DNA of 64,000 bases. It comes from a virus. A program made the translations under genes and the position numbers. How positions within the stretch are numbered: the stretch's first letter is position 1; every line of letters starts with the position of its first letter. The notes beneath the pieces were generated by a model. The model was not told the origin of the DNA. It made no database searches and worked only from the letters and a program-made list of their open reading frames with translations. Positions 1 through 11,000 of this stretch are shown here, piece by piece. The stretch lies in the IMG/VR virus record IMGVR_UViG_3300025141_000031. One strand, given 5' to 3'.

Positions 1-1316
1 TCTTGCATAGTCTTTCCAGCTTTGATCTTAACTGGAAATTTATCATTTGTCATAGTATTTTTAATATCTAATATTAATTGTTTACCATCTTTAAGATTAA
101 AATCAAATAATAAAGAATCATATGTATATAAAATTAATTTAGTATCATATGGTCCTAATAATGCATTAACTTCATTTATCATGGCCATATTATATTCAGT
201 TTCCATACTCTGTAAATAATAATTAAATAATTTACTTGGATTCATATCAGACATTGCATTTCTAAATAACTTTCTTTTTAAAACAGCTGTTTCTATATAT
301 CCTTTAGATTGGAATTCTTTCCATAATTTATATGTAAAATCTCTTACCTTACCAAAGAATGGAATCTTTGCAAAATCTTTATCAACTCCACCATATAATA
401 ATCTAAACGAAATAGTTTTACTTTGTTCATATTCTTCTTTAGATAATTTATCCTTTCCGAAATATTGTTTACCTAGATATGTATGTACGGATGTTTCTGG
501 CAACTCATAATCAATAATATCTCCTATTAATCTTAAGTGATAAGAATCATAATCTAACTCTAATAACATACCATATTCATGTCTTGATATAAATGATTCT
601 CTAGAGCCGTCTTCTTTATTAATTGCCGCATAATTAACTCCTCCATGTTTATTAGAAGGTCGTCCTGTAGTTGTATAAATATTATATTCTGTATATGCTG
701 TTGCTCCTACTAGATTATTTGTTTGGAATTTTTCAACAAATTTTTCATAATCTACTTTTAATCCATTTCTTTCTATACCATATAAATTATCAATAAACAA
801 TTCATTATAATATTCAAATGATTCAGATTTCTTAAAGGTTGCAAATGATTCCATAAATTTATCTTTCATTCCATTACATCTTTCATAATGTTTAACTATT
901 GGAATATAATCATTTACATTAGTTTCATTATAATACCATTTATTGTACCAATCATGTGCATTTGTATCTGTATCTTCTAATTGTAACATTTTATTACTCT
1001 GAAAATATTCAACTAAATCTGCGTCAAATGTCTTATGATGGTAGAAATTTACAAAGCGTTTCTTACCCAAAACATAGATATCCGCCTTACTTGTAAACCT
1101 GTTTAGATGTTCGGATTCTAGGCATATGCAATCCTTATGACGGAAGGGTACTATGTATTCTTTTTTAGTATCAATTACATAAATATAAATAAAACTTATT
1201 TTATTATTTACGTAATGTCGATAAAAATCAGAAAATACTGGTATCCAAAAACTATCAGAAGTTTGTAATATTTGTTGTAATTCTTGTAACCTTGGTTTAT
1301 CTTCTACTATTTTCAT
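1..1316 (-). CDS. polA: DNA polymerase, family A (compact Pol I-like), 3' end runs off window
   Basis: Not in the ORF track; translated by hand from ATG at 1316 (MKIVEDKPRLQELQQ...), open for 438 codons to the window edge. Contains TTTGRPS, motif A LDYDSYHLRLI, motif B SKTISFRLLYG and motif C LYTYDSLLF. Confidence 0.9.
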   Translation of the reverse strand, partial: MKIVEDKPRLQELQQILQTSDSFWIPVFSDFYRHYVNNKISFIYIYVIDTKKEYIVPFRHKDCICLESEHLNRFTSKADIYVLGKKRFVNFYHHKTFDADLVEYFQSNKMLQLEDTDTNAHDWYNKWYYNETNVNDYIPIVKHYERCNGMKDKFMESFATFKKSESFEYYNELFIDNLYGIERNGLKVDYEKFVEKFQTNNLVGATAYTEYNIYTTTGRPSNKHGGVNYAAINKEDGSRESFISRHEYGMLLELDYDSYHLRLIGDIIDYELPETSVHTYLGKQYFGKDKLSKEEYEQSKTISFRLLYGGVDKDFAKIPFFGKVRDFTYKLWKEFQSKGYIETAVLKRKLFRNAMSDMNPSKLFNYYLQSMETEYNMAMINEVNALLGPYDTKLILYTYDSLLFDFNLKDGKQLILDIKNTMTNDKFPVKIKAGKTMQ

Positions 1317-1321
1317 TTATA

Positions 1322-1353
1322 TAATTATAATGAATTTTTTGCAAAGAACCAAA
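1322..1353 (-). promoter_or_regulatory. Class-2 (host-like) promoter upstream of polA
   Basis: Minus strand TTTG-N20-TATAAT. Same architecture and spacing upstream of bS21, terL and primase. ATG lies only 7 nt after the hexamer. Confidence 0.65.
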
Positions 1354-1375
1354 TTAATACCTAGGAGACTTCCGA

Positions 1376-2221
1376 TTAATCTGTATTTGCGTTTTTTGAC
1401 CTAGCTAATTGCATTACATATTGTCCTTTTGTCAATAATATATCTTGTACTACTTCTTTACTATGACGTTTTCCTCGCATTACTCCTAATGTAGGATGAA
1501 TATGATAATAACCTTTATAAGGAGTTCCATTTGATAATACAAATTCTGTACCATCTGTTAGTAAATTATTTCTTTGTACTCCTGCATTATTCTGGGATTT
1601 AATTTCGGGATATTCTGAATGTTTTACAAGGTCTCTTAATGCATCTGATAGTCCTGCCATTTCATAATTTTTTTGAAATACAGTTCTTCTATTAGAATCT
1701 TCTACTCCAGTTTCTTTTACTTTTGTTTTTGTTCCATCAGTATATTTATCTTTAAGTGGTCCTTTTATCTTCCACCTCAATGATAATTTATCATATAAAT
1801 ATCCATTAATATTTCTACCATCTTTTGCTTTAACTTCCTTAAATTGTTTTTGGTCTATCTCAATTACTGGTTTAGTTATATCATTTTTTTGTTTGATAAA
1901 ATATCTTATCATATATCCATTCTTATAATCATTTGGTCCTGGTCCTGGAAGTTTTGTTATAGGCGATTGAAATTCATATAAATTAATATTCGTTAACTGG
2001 TCGTATATTAATATATCTCTGTTATCAGCTATATAAAAATCTTTAAAAGGTTTTAAAACTTTAGAGGCATCATTTGGAGAAGCTCCTGTCATTACTAATT
2101 CATGGTCACCAAAATAATGGTACGGACCTATATAGTTTTTTAGGTCAAAGGTCATCCATGTATTACCTTTAGTGTAATGTCCGAAATGTCGTTGTCCTTT
2201 TGGGTAATATCTAGATGGCAT
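1376..2221 (-). CDS. Hypothetical protein at end of tail/baseplate operon, with duplicated T-x-G...Y-x-G-x-YH motif
   Basis: 281-aa ORF with GGAG SD, 1 nt from the upstream gene. N- and C-terminal segments resemble each other. Confidence 0.7.
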   Translation of the reverse strand: MPSRYYPKGQRHFGHYTKGNTWMTFDLKNYIGPYHYFGDHELVMTGASPNDASKVLKPFKDFYIADNRDILIYDQLTNINLYEFQSPITKLPGPGPNDYKNGYMIRYFIKQKNDITKPVIEIDQKQFKEVKAKDGRNINGYLYDKLSLRWKIKGPLKDKYTDGTKTKVKETGVEDSNRRTVFQKNYEMAGLSDALRDLVKHSEYPEIKSQNNAGVQRNNLLTDGTEFVLSNGTPYKGYYHIHPTLGVMRGKRHSKEVVQDILLTKGQYVMQLARSKNANTD

Positions 2222-2222
2222 A

Positions 2223-4259
2223 TTATGGCTCCATTCTACAAATTGTTGTTATATCTGTAATCCAATCATTTGGTGATATTGTATGCTTGGTTTTTGTTAC
2301 AGTAAATACTATTTTCATTCCAGAACCATTATCGTAATACCTACTAGGAGCGAGATTTGTTTCACATGCATTACCAAATTGAATACCGGCTAGACCTTCA
2401 ATAGTTGCAGATAATTCTAATGGGTACATATCCTTTCTAAAGCTTGCTTTGTCTCTTGCGGTAACAACTCCTTCAATATATGCTTTTAAATTTGTTTTAG
2501 CTGAAGTAATTGATTCATCGATATATCCTGTATCATGTATTACTTCTCGTGATTCGATTAAACCATTTAATATCTTCCCTATATTGTCAAGTTTTGTAAT
2601 TTTTTTACCTTTAATAACTTCAACTGCAGTATGTTTCTTTCCTGAAGTAGCTCCTGTACCTCCCACGAAAGCGGCTGCAGCCATATCTTTTGGAACTTTA
2701 CCATCTAATGATACGTTTCTAGTAGAATAATAATCAGTTGCAGTGTTTGCATTTAATTGTATTTTCTTCACGCCAGTTCCAGGAACCCAATTTCTATCTA
2801 CTATAAACATCTTACCTTCTGGGTCACCAGACCATCCATAATGTTCACATTGTTCTGGTGTCATTTCTGAAACTGTTAAATCATATGCTCCTCCGGTACA
2901 ATTATAAATTTCTTGGAAAATTCCATTTAAGAATTTTGATAATGGAACTTTACTTCCTGCATCACCCATTCCACCAGCACCTGCTATTCCACGTATACAA
3001 TCACGTGATATTAATATATTTGCTAACTCTGCTTTGTTACCTGCCATTACAGGAGGACAGTCAAAATTTTGACCCCAGATTTTGGAAGCTCCGAAAAATC
3101 TTCCGAGCAAACCTCCAGCTGTTCCTCCATATTGTTGTTGTTGATTACTTCCCAGGATTAAAACATTCATTGGATTTGCAGAAAATATTTTATCATAAAA
3201 TCTTCCAATGGTAACTTTATTATCACAAACATATTGTACTCCAGTTGTATCAACTTTAGAACCTTCTATATTACCATTTAATAAATCTTGATTGATTAAT
3301 TTATTAACTATATATCCTAAAGATGCAAATATAACGTTACCACCAACCATATTATCATTTTTTGGTTCTGGTGCTGCGTTAGGACAATCAGTTCCTGCTA
3401 TACTAGCTGTTCTATCCCAGCCTGGAAATGTATATGATTCATCTTCATCTAAATCAACATGATCATCCATTTTATTTTGAACGTCATAATCAAATACATC
3501 ACATATATTTACGACTGTTGATTTTTCATTTAATCCTTTATAATCAGAAACAAACATTCTACCATCATCTGTTAATTTTGCCATGACATTCATTTCTGTA
3601 ACTAAACTTCCTTTTCCAACAGCTTTAATTGTACAATCATATCCTAAATATTCATTTAATTTAAAAGAATAATCATATACTACTCCTTTAAATTCTGTAT
3701 TATTAGCTGGGCCAGAAACATTAACTCTACCATAAGAAATATTAACTTCTGTTCCTGGTATCATTAATTGTTCTTCTATTTCTTCAAAAGAAACTTTATC
3801 AAAACATTTAATAGTTAATTCAGCTTTTTTTAATGAACCATAATCACCTGACATTTCTACTTCGAATTTTGTTATTGCAGGAAGTGGTTTTCCAGATTCT
3901 GATCCATACCTTTCAGAAAAGTTTGTACCAATTTCAGCTGAAGATTCCATTTTTGTACCAACTGGCGTTTCTACTGTTTCCATTGCAACATTATGTTTGG
4001 CTTCTCCAAATAAAACATTTGATGTACCTTGACCTCCTATAAAATCTGTAACACCACGGGTTACTGTTCCAGCCCCCTCTTTAACTGCTTGCCATGTATC
4101 TAAATCTTTTGATTTTTGGTATACTGTAGAGGTTCGTTGTGCTGATATGTTTATATAACAACCTAATGATTTTCTACTTTCAACATAGTCTTTATTTCGT
4201 CTTTCCTGTAGTTCATCTAAGACAAAATCTTGAGCTGCTGAATAAAATACTCCTGCCAT
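2223..4259 (-). CDS. Putative baseplate hub protein (gp27/gpD-like)
   Basis: 678 aa, downstream of the tape measure and LysM genes. N-terminal beta segment (LKKAELTIKCF...PGTEVNISYG...FKGVVYDYSF) and C-terminal LSATIEG...GIQFG...HTISPNDWITDI are typical of hub folds. Confidence 0.55.
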   Translation of the reverse strand: MAGVFYSAAQDFVLDELQERRNKDYVESRKSLGCYINISAQRTSTVYQKSKDLDTWQAVKEGAGTVTRGVTDFIGGQGTSNVLFGEAKHNVAMETVETPVGTKMESSAEIGTNFSERYGSESGKPLPAITKFEVEMSGDYGSLKKAELTIKCFDKVSFEEIEEQLMIPGTEVNISYGRVNVSGPANNTEFKGVVYDYSFKLNEYLGYDCTIKAVGKGSLVTEMNVMAKLTDDGRMFVSDYKGLNEKSTVVNICDVFDYDVQNKMDDHVDLDEDESYTFPGWDRTASIAGTDCPNAAPEPKNDNMVGGNVIFASLGYIVNKLINQDLLNGNIEGSKVDTTGVQYVCDNKVTIGRFYDKIFSANPMNVLILGSNQQQQYGGTAGGLLGRFFGASKIWGQNFDCPPVMAGNKAELANILISRDCIRGIAGAGGMGDAGSKVPLSKFLNGIFQEIYNCTGGAYDLTVSEMTPEQCEHYGWSGDPEGKMFIVDRNWVPGTGVKKIQLNANTATDYYSTRNVSLDGKVPKDMAAAAFVGGTGATSGKKHTAVEVIKGKKITKLDNIGKILNGLIESREVIHDTGYIDESITSAKTNLKAYIEGVVTARDKASFRKDMYPLELSATIEGLAGIQFGNACETNLAPSRYYDNGSGMKIVFTVTKTKHTISPNDWITDITTICRMEP

Positions 4260-4263
4260 AATA

Positions 4264-4569
4264 TTACCTCGATTGTTCGTTTCGCATAAGTAATTGATGT
4301 AATTCTAGTTTTGCTGGAATACGCAATCTTATTCCTGCAGGTACATGAAATGTACCTTTACCTAAATGATTTGCTTGTGCTAATACCCACCATTGTGATG
4401 CATCTTCATAATATTCATAAGCTATATTATCTAATCTATCTCCTGCACGAGTAACGATGTAATAGTCTTGCGTAGTTTTAGGAATTTCCGGTGGTAAAGA
4501 TGAATTTCTTCTTTTTCTTTTCTTTTTTCTATCTATCCTATCGTTTATTATATATTTATATCTGTTCAT
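4264..4569 (-). CDS. LysM-domain baseplate protein (gpX/gp53-like)
   Basis: YIVTRAGDRLDNIAYEYYEDASQWWVLAQAN...G.RLRIP is a LysM/tail-X signature. AGGAG SD present. Confidence 0.85.
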   Translation of the reverse strand: MNRYKYIINDRIDRKKKRKRRNSSLPPEIPKTTQDYYIVTRAGDRLDNIAYEYYEDASQWWVLAQANHLGKGTFHVPAGIRLRIPAKLELHQLLMRNEQSR

Positions 4570-4581
4570 ATTATTCTCCTA

Positions 4582-7500
4582 TTAGTCAAATGGATTAGAT
4601 AAATTACTTTCTTTACCGCTTTCTTTTGAGAAAGCTTTTTCTGCTACTCCTGATATTTTACTGGATGCTGCATTATCTCCTGATTGGTCACCTGGTAAAA
4701 TGAAATCTAATACATTATCTCCAGCACTTACTACTCCGTCTCCAACATCACCAAGTATATCTTTTGCCATATTATATGGTTTATCTGCTATATGATTTAC
4801 ACCTGGTGGTAATCCTTCTATTAAATCATCTATAGCATCAAAATTACTAGCTTTTTGTTCAACATTAGCATCTGCATTTGCTTGTACATCATCTCCTTTA
4901 AAGGTTGATCCTCCAAAAAATATACCACCTCTTTGTGGTATAGAACTACCGACATATTGCAGCTCTAGACTTACTGTTGCATATTTTGGCATTCTCTGGC
5001 CGGCTGTTATTTCCCATGGAGTTTCAGAATCCATATCTACACTAAATGTTGATATATAACACGGAATATTATCATAGATATCTCCTAATGTTAAGTTTAC
5101 AAATGTACCTGTATATCCATTAGAATGATATTTTGGTGCTGTCCAACCCGCAACTGTATTTATTTTATCCCACATTGGACTAAGCTCTCTTTTCGAACCT
5201 GCTGCTAATGTTAAATCTAATGAAATTGTTCTTCCCCAACCAGTTAATATTAATTTTGGATCAGCTCGTCCAATTTCTTTTTCTTGATTCCATTCTGGAG
5301 AAAAGCTATCACTTATCGAATTTATACCTGCTCTAAAGTAACATGTTTGAGATCCATGCATAGAAATATAAAATGGCACCAAATCACTTATTATTGGTTT
5401 ACCTCCGACTGGTAATCTATTCAGTGTATCATGTTGGTTTGCCCCACCATATCCTAACATATCACGATTTCTTAACTTGATTTCACCTTTGACAACTGTA
5501 GAAACTGCTCTTCTAAATTCTTGTATTTTTTTAGTACCTGCTACTGTACCAGTTTGTTTTGCTGCATCTCTTATTTCAGAATAGTTCATGTAATTATATA
5601 CTAAAGGTGTTCCAGCTGAAGATTTAGGCTTACCACCAATAGTTTTTGTTCCAGATGTTTCGTCTGGCCTTGCATCTGGATTCTGCATTGGATCTAGTTT
5701 AGATACAATTTCTGCATCAATTGCTTCTAATTGTTTAGATTCTTGGTCTGATATTGCAACTTGTCCTGCATCTGGTGAAGGGCCTTTTTTTGGACTAGCT
5801 GATGTATATTTAGAACTATATGATTTATCATTATATGTTGGAACCAATGAAGGATCATCTCCTCCATATATCCAAACAAATGGTGTACCAGTTGATGGAT
5901 CTCCTCCTTTATACTCTTCTAATAATAAACGTAAACTTTTATAATCATGTGATGGACCTTCATCTATTTGTTCTTTAGTATTTCCTGTAAAGAATTTTAG
6001 ATCTGGTGTAAAGTAATTAAAAATTGCTTCTCCGACTTGGACTTCATTTAATCCGGTAACTGGTCTTGCTGCAATTAATTTTGCTTCTTTATGCATATTA
6101 ACTGGAAATCCTGGTTCAAATACTCTTTCTGCAGATTTTCTAATTTGAGGAGTATTTGTATTTGATGCATCTCCATTAGGATCTATTAATCCATACAGAG
6201 ATATTCTATCATCAACATCCCAATCTTCTCCTATAACTGGTGTACTTCTTAAGAAATGTTCTAAATATCCTCCTTTTATATGCTCTATTAAAGCTGAACT
6301 TTGTATTGGATATGTTGAACTATGTCCATGTACAAATGTATGTATATGTTCAGTTAATTTTTTACTATCGATTAATGTACGTACTAATTCATTTTCTTGT
6401 TCTATAGATGTATATATATTATGTTTTGAACCTCCTATAGGCTTTCCTCTTGGACCGCTATTTGCATTTATTAGATTATAATACCCTTCTGGATATCCAT
6501 CTTCTCTATTTTGATATAGATGATATTTATGAGAATGTTCTAATAAATCTTTATCTTCAGTATTTTTTGCTCTTTGATGAGTTTCTTCTGATGCATCATC
6601 TGATGTACCTACATATCTTCCGCCTCCTGGAGAATGTGGTTCTACTTGTTGTCCTCCTCCAGCAGTCTTTTTAGATACATTTTGTGCCGGAGAATTACTT
6701 TCTAAATATCTTGTTCCAATAGCAAATGTATTATCATCTGATTCTGGAGTTCCTTCATGTATAGTCTTTCCATCATCTCCTAATAAACCTGTTGTAATAT
6801 CTACTTTTGGTCGTTTTAATGTTTCTGCCTCTAGAACTTTTTCTGGGGTTGTTTCTGTACTTATAAATCTACCTCCACGTGGTCCATCAGATTGAATATA
6901 CCCTGATTCATAAAATTCGTTATCATTATTAGGACTAAATATATTTAATACATTCTTGACTCCAGTACCACCGGTGGTAGCATCTTTACTTGGTAAAAAT
7001 GCTCCTTTATCTTTTTTATATTCTCCTGTACTTCCTGGGTTATTAAATGTCTTTTCTATAGAATTACCAGGTCTACCTGTATTTTCTAATGTTCTAGGTG
7101 ATCCTGGAACATCTTCAGATTCGTATGGCGTAGTTGATGCATAATGTATTCCCCAATATGCATTACCTAAATTATCTTTTAATCCTGTTCCTGTTACAAC
7201 AGTTCTTCTAATAGTTGTATAACCAATACCATATACTGATTTAGGTCCACCTGGTCCAGATAACTCTGAAATCTCTGATCCATCAAAGTTTGAAAATGCA
7301 TTTTGTAATGGTTCTACAAAGTTTGATATTCCTTGAGCAATTGTTCCTAATAAATCAGTTGGTGGAGCTTGATCTAAAGATGCAGGTGCACCATCTCCAA
7401 ACATTTCTATCTTTAATCTAGCTAATCTATTTTTTGTAACGGCTTCTGCATCTGAGTTTAATAATTCTTTTTGTACATCTTCATACTTACCTTGAATAAC

Positions 7501-8028
7501 TTTAGATCCATGTCTTGAATTATGAATACCTTCTGGTGCTGTTAATAAATTACTTGCAAGTCTTATTGGATTATATGCTCTAGTTGGTCGAATCTTTATA
7601 TTTGATTCTACATATGGATTAGATGCTTGTAATCCAACTTGTTTAATATTCCATAAAATACCTTTTGGAGATATCATAAATTTAGCAAATCTTAATGTGT
7701 CTTCTGCTAACCTAGCTGCAAATGCTACAAGTCCTCCTCTGACCATCATATTATCTGGAGATGTTCTTCCACCAGGTCCATAAAATTGTACATCACCACC
7801 TCTACGTTGTATTCCTCTTATTATAAATGGTTGGTCTGTTGCAACACCTAATGATAACCTATTTACATTTGGTGCATCATATATATGGAATTTATCATAC
7901 TGCTCCATAATTTCATTTTCATGAAATGATGATATTTTATTCTGGATCTTTTCTTGTGGATATTTTCCAGGAGCTTGATTTGTTAATCCTTGCCAAGCTA
8001 AGTTTGATGTCATACTAATTAAACCCAT
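4582..8028 (-). CDS. Large tail/baseplate protein with C-terminal tube-initiator (gp48/gp54-like) domain
   Basis: 1148 aa directly after the tape measure. C-terminal FRAGINSISDSFSPEW...GRADP...RTISLDL...LTLGDIY...PWE resembles tube-initiator domains. Long Gly/Pro/Ser-rich middle. Confidence 0.55.
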   Translation of the reverse strand: MGLISMTSNLAWQGLTNQAPGKYPQEKIQNKISSFHENEIMEQYDKFHIYDAPNVNRLSLGVATDQPFIIRGIQRRGGDVQFYGPGGRTSPDNMMVRGGLVAFAARLAEDTLRFAKFMISPKGILWNIKQVGLQASNPYVESNIKIRPTRAYNPIRLASNLLTAPEGIHNSRHGSKVIQGKYEDVQKELLNSDAEAVTKNRLARLKIEMFGDGAPASLDQAPPTDLLGTIAQGISNFVEPLQNAFSNFDGSEISELSGPGGPKSVYGIGYTTIRRTVVTGTGLKDNLGNAYWGIHYASTTPYESEDVPGSPRTLENTGRPGNSIEKTFNNPGSTGEYKKDKGAFLPSKDATTGGTGVKNVLNIFSPNNDNEFYESGYIQSDGPRGGRFISTETTPEKVLEAETLKRPKVDITTGLLGDDGKTIHEGTPESDDNTFAIGTRYLESNSPAQNVSKKTAGGGQQVEPHSPGGGRYVGTSDDASEETHQRAKNTEDKDLLEHSHKYHLYQNREDGYPEGYYNLINANSGPRGKPIGGSKHNIYTSIEQENELVRTLIDSKKLTEHIHTFVHGHSSTYPIQSSALIEHIKGGYLEHFLRSTPVIGEDWDVDDRISLYGLIDPNGDASNTNTPQIRKSAERVFEPGFPVNMHKEAKLIAARPVTGLNEVQVGEAIFNYFTPDLKFFTGNTKEQIDEGPSHDYKSLRLLLEEYKGGDPSTGTPFVWIYGGDDPSLVPTYNDKSYSSKYTSASPKKGPSPDAGQVAISDQESKQLEAIDAEIVSKLDPMQNPDARPDETSGTKTIGGKPKSSAGTPLVYNYMNYSEIRDAAKQTGTVAGTKKIQEFRRAVSTVVKGEIKLRNRDMLGYGGANQHDTLNRLPVGGKPIISDLVPFYISMHGSQTCYFRAGINSISDSFSPEWNQEKEIGRADPKLILTGWGRTISLDLTLAAGSKRELSPMWDKINTVAGWTAPKYHSNGYTGTFVNLTLGDIYDNIPCYISTFSVDMDSETPWEITAGQRMPKYATVSLELQYVGSSIPQRGGIFFGGSTFKGDDVQANADANVEQKASNFDAIDDLIEGLPPGVNHIADKPYNMAKDILGDVGDGVVSAGDNVLDFILPGDQSGDNAASSKISGVAEKAFSKESGKESNLSNPFD

Positions 8029-11000
8029 TATCCTTCCTCTCCTGCATTACCTGCTGAAATTGCATATGATGTATTTACTTTTGTCTGACTTGCAATTTCT
8101 TCGATTACTTTATTACCAATAACAATCTGTACTGGTTTATTACTTGGTGCAGCTCCTTTCTGATTTGATGCGATTGCAGTAACTACTTCATCTAGTTTTG
8201 AAAGCATTGCATCTAATTTTTCAGCTGCGGTTGCATCATGTACAGGCTTACCAGCTTCTTCTCCTTCTTCATCTTCTCCACCTAATATACTTCCAAGGCC
8301 ACCTGATAATCCTCCCATCATACCTAAGAATGGATTACTACCTATCATATTTGCAACTACTAGTTTTTTAAATGCTTTTGAACTAAAATCTACTATTTTA
8401 GATTCTGGTGGGTCTGGCATGTTCCCCATACCACCACCAGGACCTATTGCACCATCATCCATTTTAAGTGCTCCAGCTGGTTTAAATACTGCGTCATTTG
8501 CCTTACGACCTTTTGATATTACATCATTTCCATAATTTAAGTTTGTTCCTGCTACGATTGTATCTTTATTATTAAATGATATAGCTCCTTCTGGTCCGTA
8601 TAATACTCTATCACCATAACCACTACCACCAGATTTTCCTGATACTATACCATCACTCATGAATGACATACCAAGTCCAATTACTGCAGCTGCAGCCGCG
8701 GCACCTAATATCCAACCTATCCCTGGTATAGCAGCAGCACTCTTATAAGCGGCCATGGCTGCTCCACCAATTGTTTTTAATAATCCTTTACTTTGAATTG
8801 CTGCAACAGATGTTTCAGAAGCTATTTGCTGTTGTGTCCACATAGCTGTAACAGCTTTAACTGCAGCCTTTCCTTTTTCAATTATCCAACCTTGGCCAGT
8901 TACAAGATTAATCATACCTTCCCAAGCCCATGCAGCTGCTCTTTGAACGTTACTTGCAATCCTTGTTAACAAGTTAGATTTCTCTGTAACTCCAGTGGCT
9001 TGAGCGGTTCCTAAACCTGTCAATCCTAATGCATTACCTAACTTGATTGCAGTATTCTTTAATCCTTCCCATAATACTTTTGCTTTTGCGACTATTAGAT
9101 CTTTTGCATGAACTGCAGAAAGTTTAAGTTGGTACATTAAACCAGTTTTACCTAATGCCACTTCTCTTGTTTTTGCACCTAACATGGCATTTTGTGATAA
9201 TGCTTTTGAGGCCGCGGCTGTATTACTTGCTTTATCAGTTATTAATCCTAATTTTTTTGCTCCTCCGATCAATGTTGCTTGAGTGGCCTCTTTAGTAGCA
9301 AACATAGCTTTTATTTTTGCAATCCCTAGTGCAGCTTTATCACCTGCCCATATTAATGCTTTAATTCCATATATAACTCCAAGTGTTGCTGCAATTGCTT
9401 TTAATACTGGAGATATTTTTTCGAAAACTATTGCAATAGCTTTTACTATCCAGATTACTGGCGTCAGTGCTAACATAAATCCTTTAAATATTCCGCCAAT
9501 GACTTCTAATATTGGAGATAATACATTTGTAAATATACCTGTTATTGCTTGAATTACAGGATATAATGCTTTCATTAATGTATTTTTTATCTTATTAAAT
9601 GTTGCTGACATTTCTTTTGCTGCTAATGCTTGTTCTTGTTGCGCAACTAATTGTTCTCCTGTTAATTCTTGTCCTTCTAATGCTTTAGTCGCTTCATCAT
9701 ATCTTTTCTTTTGTTCTTCAGTAAGGTTATTCATTTGTTCTTGTTTCTTTAATGCAGATTGTAACTGGCCAACTTCCATTCCTGCTGCTTGAGCTAATTT
9801 CTTTCTTTGAAGAACATCCATTTTATTAAATTCATGAATTGAACCTACTTGATTAAGAACTTCTTTTGTAGCTCCTTCTATATCACCTTGTAAAGCTAAT
9901 TGTCTTGCAAGGTCCATGTTTATTGTTTTTCCTAACATTACAGATGCTTCAAATTCAGCTTCAATTGATGATTCTATATCTAATAAACCATCTGCAACAT
10001 CAACCATATCACCTAATTCCATTCCTAACCTTGCTGCTTCTACTGCTGCTTTTGCTAAAGCATTTACATTTCCGCCCATATATTTGGCGGCCTTTTTAGA
10101 ACTTTTTGCGATATCAGCCATTACCTTACCTGGAGCTACTCCAGCTGCTTCTGCAAGATTTGCTGTTAAAGCTTGTGTATTAAATGCTTCTTCAGATGTT
10201 TGTCCCATTGCTTCAAATTGAGCTTGGACTGCGGCTGCATCACCTACTGCAATACCAAATGCTGCAGACATGTTAGCTATATTAAGTGCTGTTTCTTCTG
10301 AGAAGTTAGCTGTACTACCAAATTCGGTTGTTAATGCAGACATTGCTCCAACAATTTCTTCTGTATTTGCTAATGAATTACTACTAGAAGCTTGCATCCC
10401 TCTAGCTGATTGCATCATTTTTTCTGATTCTCTTGCAGATAATCCTGTATTCTTTGATAACTCTTCTGTTTCTTTGGACATTTGCGAGAATAACATAACT
10501 GCACCTACAAGTGCACCTACAACTAATAAAGGTAATAATGCTGATTTTAATGACATTCCAAATATTTTAGTTTGTGCTGTTAATGATCTAAAACTACCTA
10601 TTCCTTGTTCAACTCCTCCTGCTAATCCTTTCTGAATTGATATTTGGATTATCTCTTTCATTTTATCATTGAATACATCTAATCCAAGTGCTCCAGATAA
10701 ATATGATCCACCTGGAAATGAATCTATAGTAGATTTTAAACTTTCAAATGGACCTATTATAGCATCAGTCATTGCATCTCGTTGAGCAATTTGCATGTCT
10801 GTTACCATCTTTTGTTCTTCTAGTACATCAACACCCTTTCTTAAAGCATCTATATTTGCTTGGGCTAATGCAAGTCCTTGTCCAGATAGATTATTCTTTT
10901 CATTAGCAAATGCCAATTCAGCTTCTAATAATGCTTCTTGTGCAGTAACAGTACTCAATGATTCCATCAATCTTGAACCTCTTCCTGCTTCATTTATCAT

